A stretch of 63,101 nucleotides of DNA, the filler included, from Folioceros fuciformis (lineage: Eukaryota), in assembly GCA_049999805.1 (NCBI GenBank). It is 6 parts of 6 records of this genome, joined end to end, with 100 filler letters (N's around TTAATTAATTAA, not from the genome) between each part and the next. Parts side by side here need not be neighbours in the genome. Positions count along the whole stretch, not along the records: positions 59,304 to 63,101 come from JBNGIO010001200.1; 5 more parts are not named here. One strand, written 5' to 3'. Below are positions 61,166-63,101 of this stretch, one piece after another. The translations under genes and the position numbers were made by a program. The notes beneath the pieces were generated by a model, which saw only the letters and a list, made by a program, of their open reading frames with translations, was not told the DNA's origin and made no database searches. The number at the start of each line of letters is the position of its first letter. Positions within the stretch are counted from its first letter, which is position 1.

Positions 61166-62279
61166 AGTCCAGAGCCGTTTAAATACACAATTCAAGCTTG
61201 AATCCCGCAAACCCAGATCTCATCAGTCGGCAGTGAATCGAGCCTCGCCGTCCCCCATCAGAGGCCATCTGCTGCACCGCACCTGAAACGGAAACGGATG
61301 CGTCTGCCGCCCAATCCCCAACCCGGCAGAGCAACTTGATCAAGAGAATCAGGAAGCAGGAGCCCCAGAACCTGCTATTAGGAGACTGCAATACTTTGAG
61401 TCCTTGTTCTCCCATAATCTTCGGCTCATTCGTGTACAGGTACGGTTTATAATGTACTTCCTACAGAGCAGGAATCAGGATCTACCACCTTCACTGGAGT
61501 CATGTTCCCCTTTCAGCACTCAGCATTGGCCACGATCCACATCCAAATTCTCACTCACCCACTCCCTCGGCAGCTTAAGGAATAGCGACATTCGCAACAG
61601 AGAATCATTTACCGCGACCATGTACATGTATTCCATTTGTGAGATTAAGAAAAACACTTAATTGAACGAGTTAAGCGTTTAGGGTGAGCCCGAAAAGTCT
61701 AATCCTCTCCTTCCCTCTCTACAGTTGCATGAGCTAAGTACATACAGTACATACTTGTCGCTGCGAGACGTGCAGACTTCCGACATCGGTCATCTCAGAT
61801 AGCGCTATGCTTGGACAAAGACCGCAGACAATGACTGATTCTGGTGGTGCTTCGAAAAAATCAGCTCGTGATGAGGACGAGCACCCTAGCATGGATCTGG
61901 GGTCCTCTCAACGGTGGACGTGAGATCAGACAGCACAGCCTCGCCAGCTCGAGTTGTGAAGCACACGTCTGAGATCTGAGACGAAGCAAGGAACAAAGAT
62001 GAACATGCTGCGTCTTTCTCCTTGACCTCACACATGAAATTCAAATACGCACACACGAAAGCACAGGGATGATCGCCTCCCCAATCGACCTGGAAATGAT
62101 GCACCTTGTTTTTCGCGCTTCACGTTCCACTTACAGTTGCCTATGCCAACCATGTCACGTACAGGTTGAGAGCCGATGCCCTTTCCAAATCAGTGCTAGT
62201 GATCTGTGTGAAAGTTATCTTGTGAGCTGTTATGGAAGCTGGAGCCAGGCGAGACGGTGGCATCTGCTGCTCACACCAC

Positions 62280-62535
62280 ATCTGTACCAGGTCCTTTGGT
62301 TTCACGATCTTGATCAATCTGGCCGCTTGGTCGCAAGATGCCTTCCTGCCAAACGTTGGATGGTTGTTTGCATGCCTTCGGGAAGCTTGAGACCACAGTC
62401 TGTTTGATCATGCTGAGGCTGGTGGGCTCGAGTCCACCTACTTCTTGTCTAGACTCTAGCCTTGGCTGCTAAGCAGTGAAAATGGTGACTCGGTGCGCTG
62501 ACCTCGCCCGAGACCCACGTACTGTGCCAATGTAC
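62280..62535 (-). pseudogene. Degenerate partial duplicate of TraB exon1-end/intron/exon2
   Basis: 62311-62362 (atcaatctggccgcttggtcgcaagatgcc..aaacgttggat) parallels 60462-60508; 62501-62533 parallels 60659-60690. Confidence 0.75.
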
Positions 62536-63101
62536 TTGGGCGCCCAGTGATAAAATATGTTGTCATAATTTTATGATAAATTAATATTAAATTGTACTAA
62601 TAAATTTATATTACTTCTTATGAATCTTCAGCTAGGAAGCGCTTAACCTTATTTTGACTGCCCCTAAAGTTATACCAAATCTTTAAAATTTTTAGACCTT
62701 TTTTCCTTGCTCACCATGATGTTACCATAATCTTTTATGTGCTATTCTTAGTCATTAGGCTTTAGGGGTTAGCCTCTAGTGTCCCTTCTATCATGGTTTA
62801 TCTCTTTCTAGAGGTAGATAGATTTTCCATCTTGCTTTTTTAAAATAAATAACAAGATTTACTTTACAACTAAGAAATATTTCTTTTTATTACAAATGTC
62901 TATATGATGTAAGTAATAGACGTGTAAGTTCTAAATCTTTTACTCTAGATTTTTACTAAACTTGAATATTATTCACTTTGAGACAAATATAAGAGCTCTT
63001 TTTATTCTAATTTTCTTTATGATATGAGTATCATACTTGCAAGCATTAAGATACAAGATAGATTGTTTTCTCTTGCAAATCTCTATGGAATATGTATATT
63101 A

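Overview
Eukaryotic land-plant nuclear DNA. The short (~80-150 bp) GT-AG introns, very short intergenic spacers and GC-rich exons fit a compact seed-free plant genome such as a hornwort; this is inference. Five contig joins are marked by an artificial 100-bp N44-TTAATTAATTAA-N44 linker. Gene-dense islands encode a LISCL/SCL14-type GRAS factor, uroporphyrinogen-III synthase, GEMIN2, CWC15, a ferric reduction oxidase, cytochrome c, La protein, a mitochondrial carrier, a partial SHAQKYF MYB, an mTERF12-like protein, an ESMD1-like O-fucosyltransferase-family protein, partial LESV and a partial TraB-domain gene. These islands alternate with nests of Ty1/copia retrotransposons, a hAT remnant and tandem repeats. 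Most notable observations: (1) an intact, unrecognised 234-aa Cys-rich ORF between the PBS and gag of a copia element; (2) an antisense Cys-rich ORF in the 3' region of another copia; (3) one LTR flanked by both a PPT and a PBS; (4) several intronless CDSs whose angiosperm orthologues are spliced; (5) two local partial gene duplications. All product calls come from motif recognition, not database searches.
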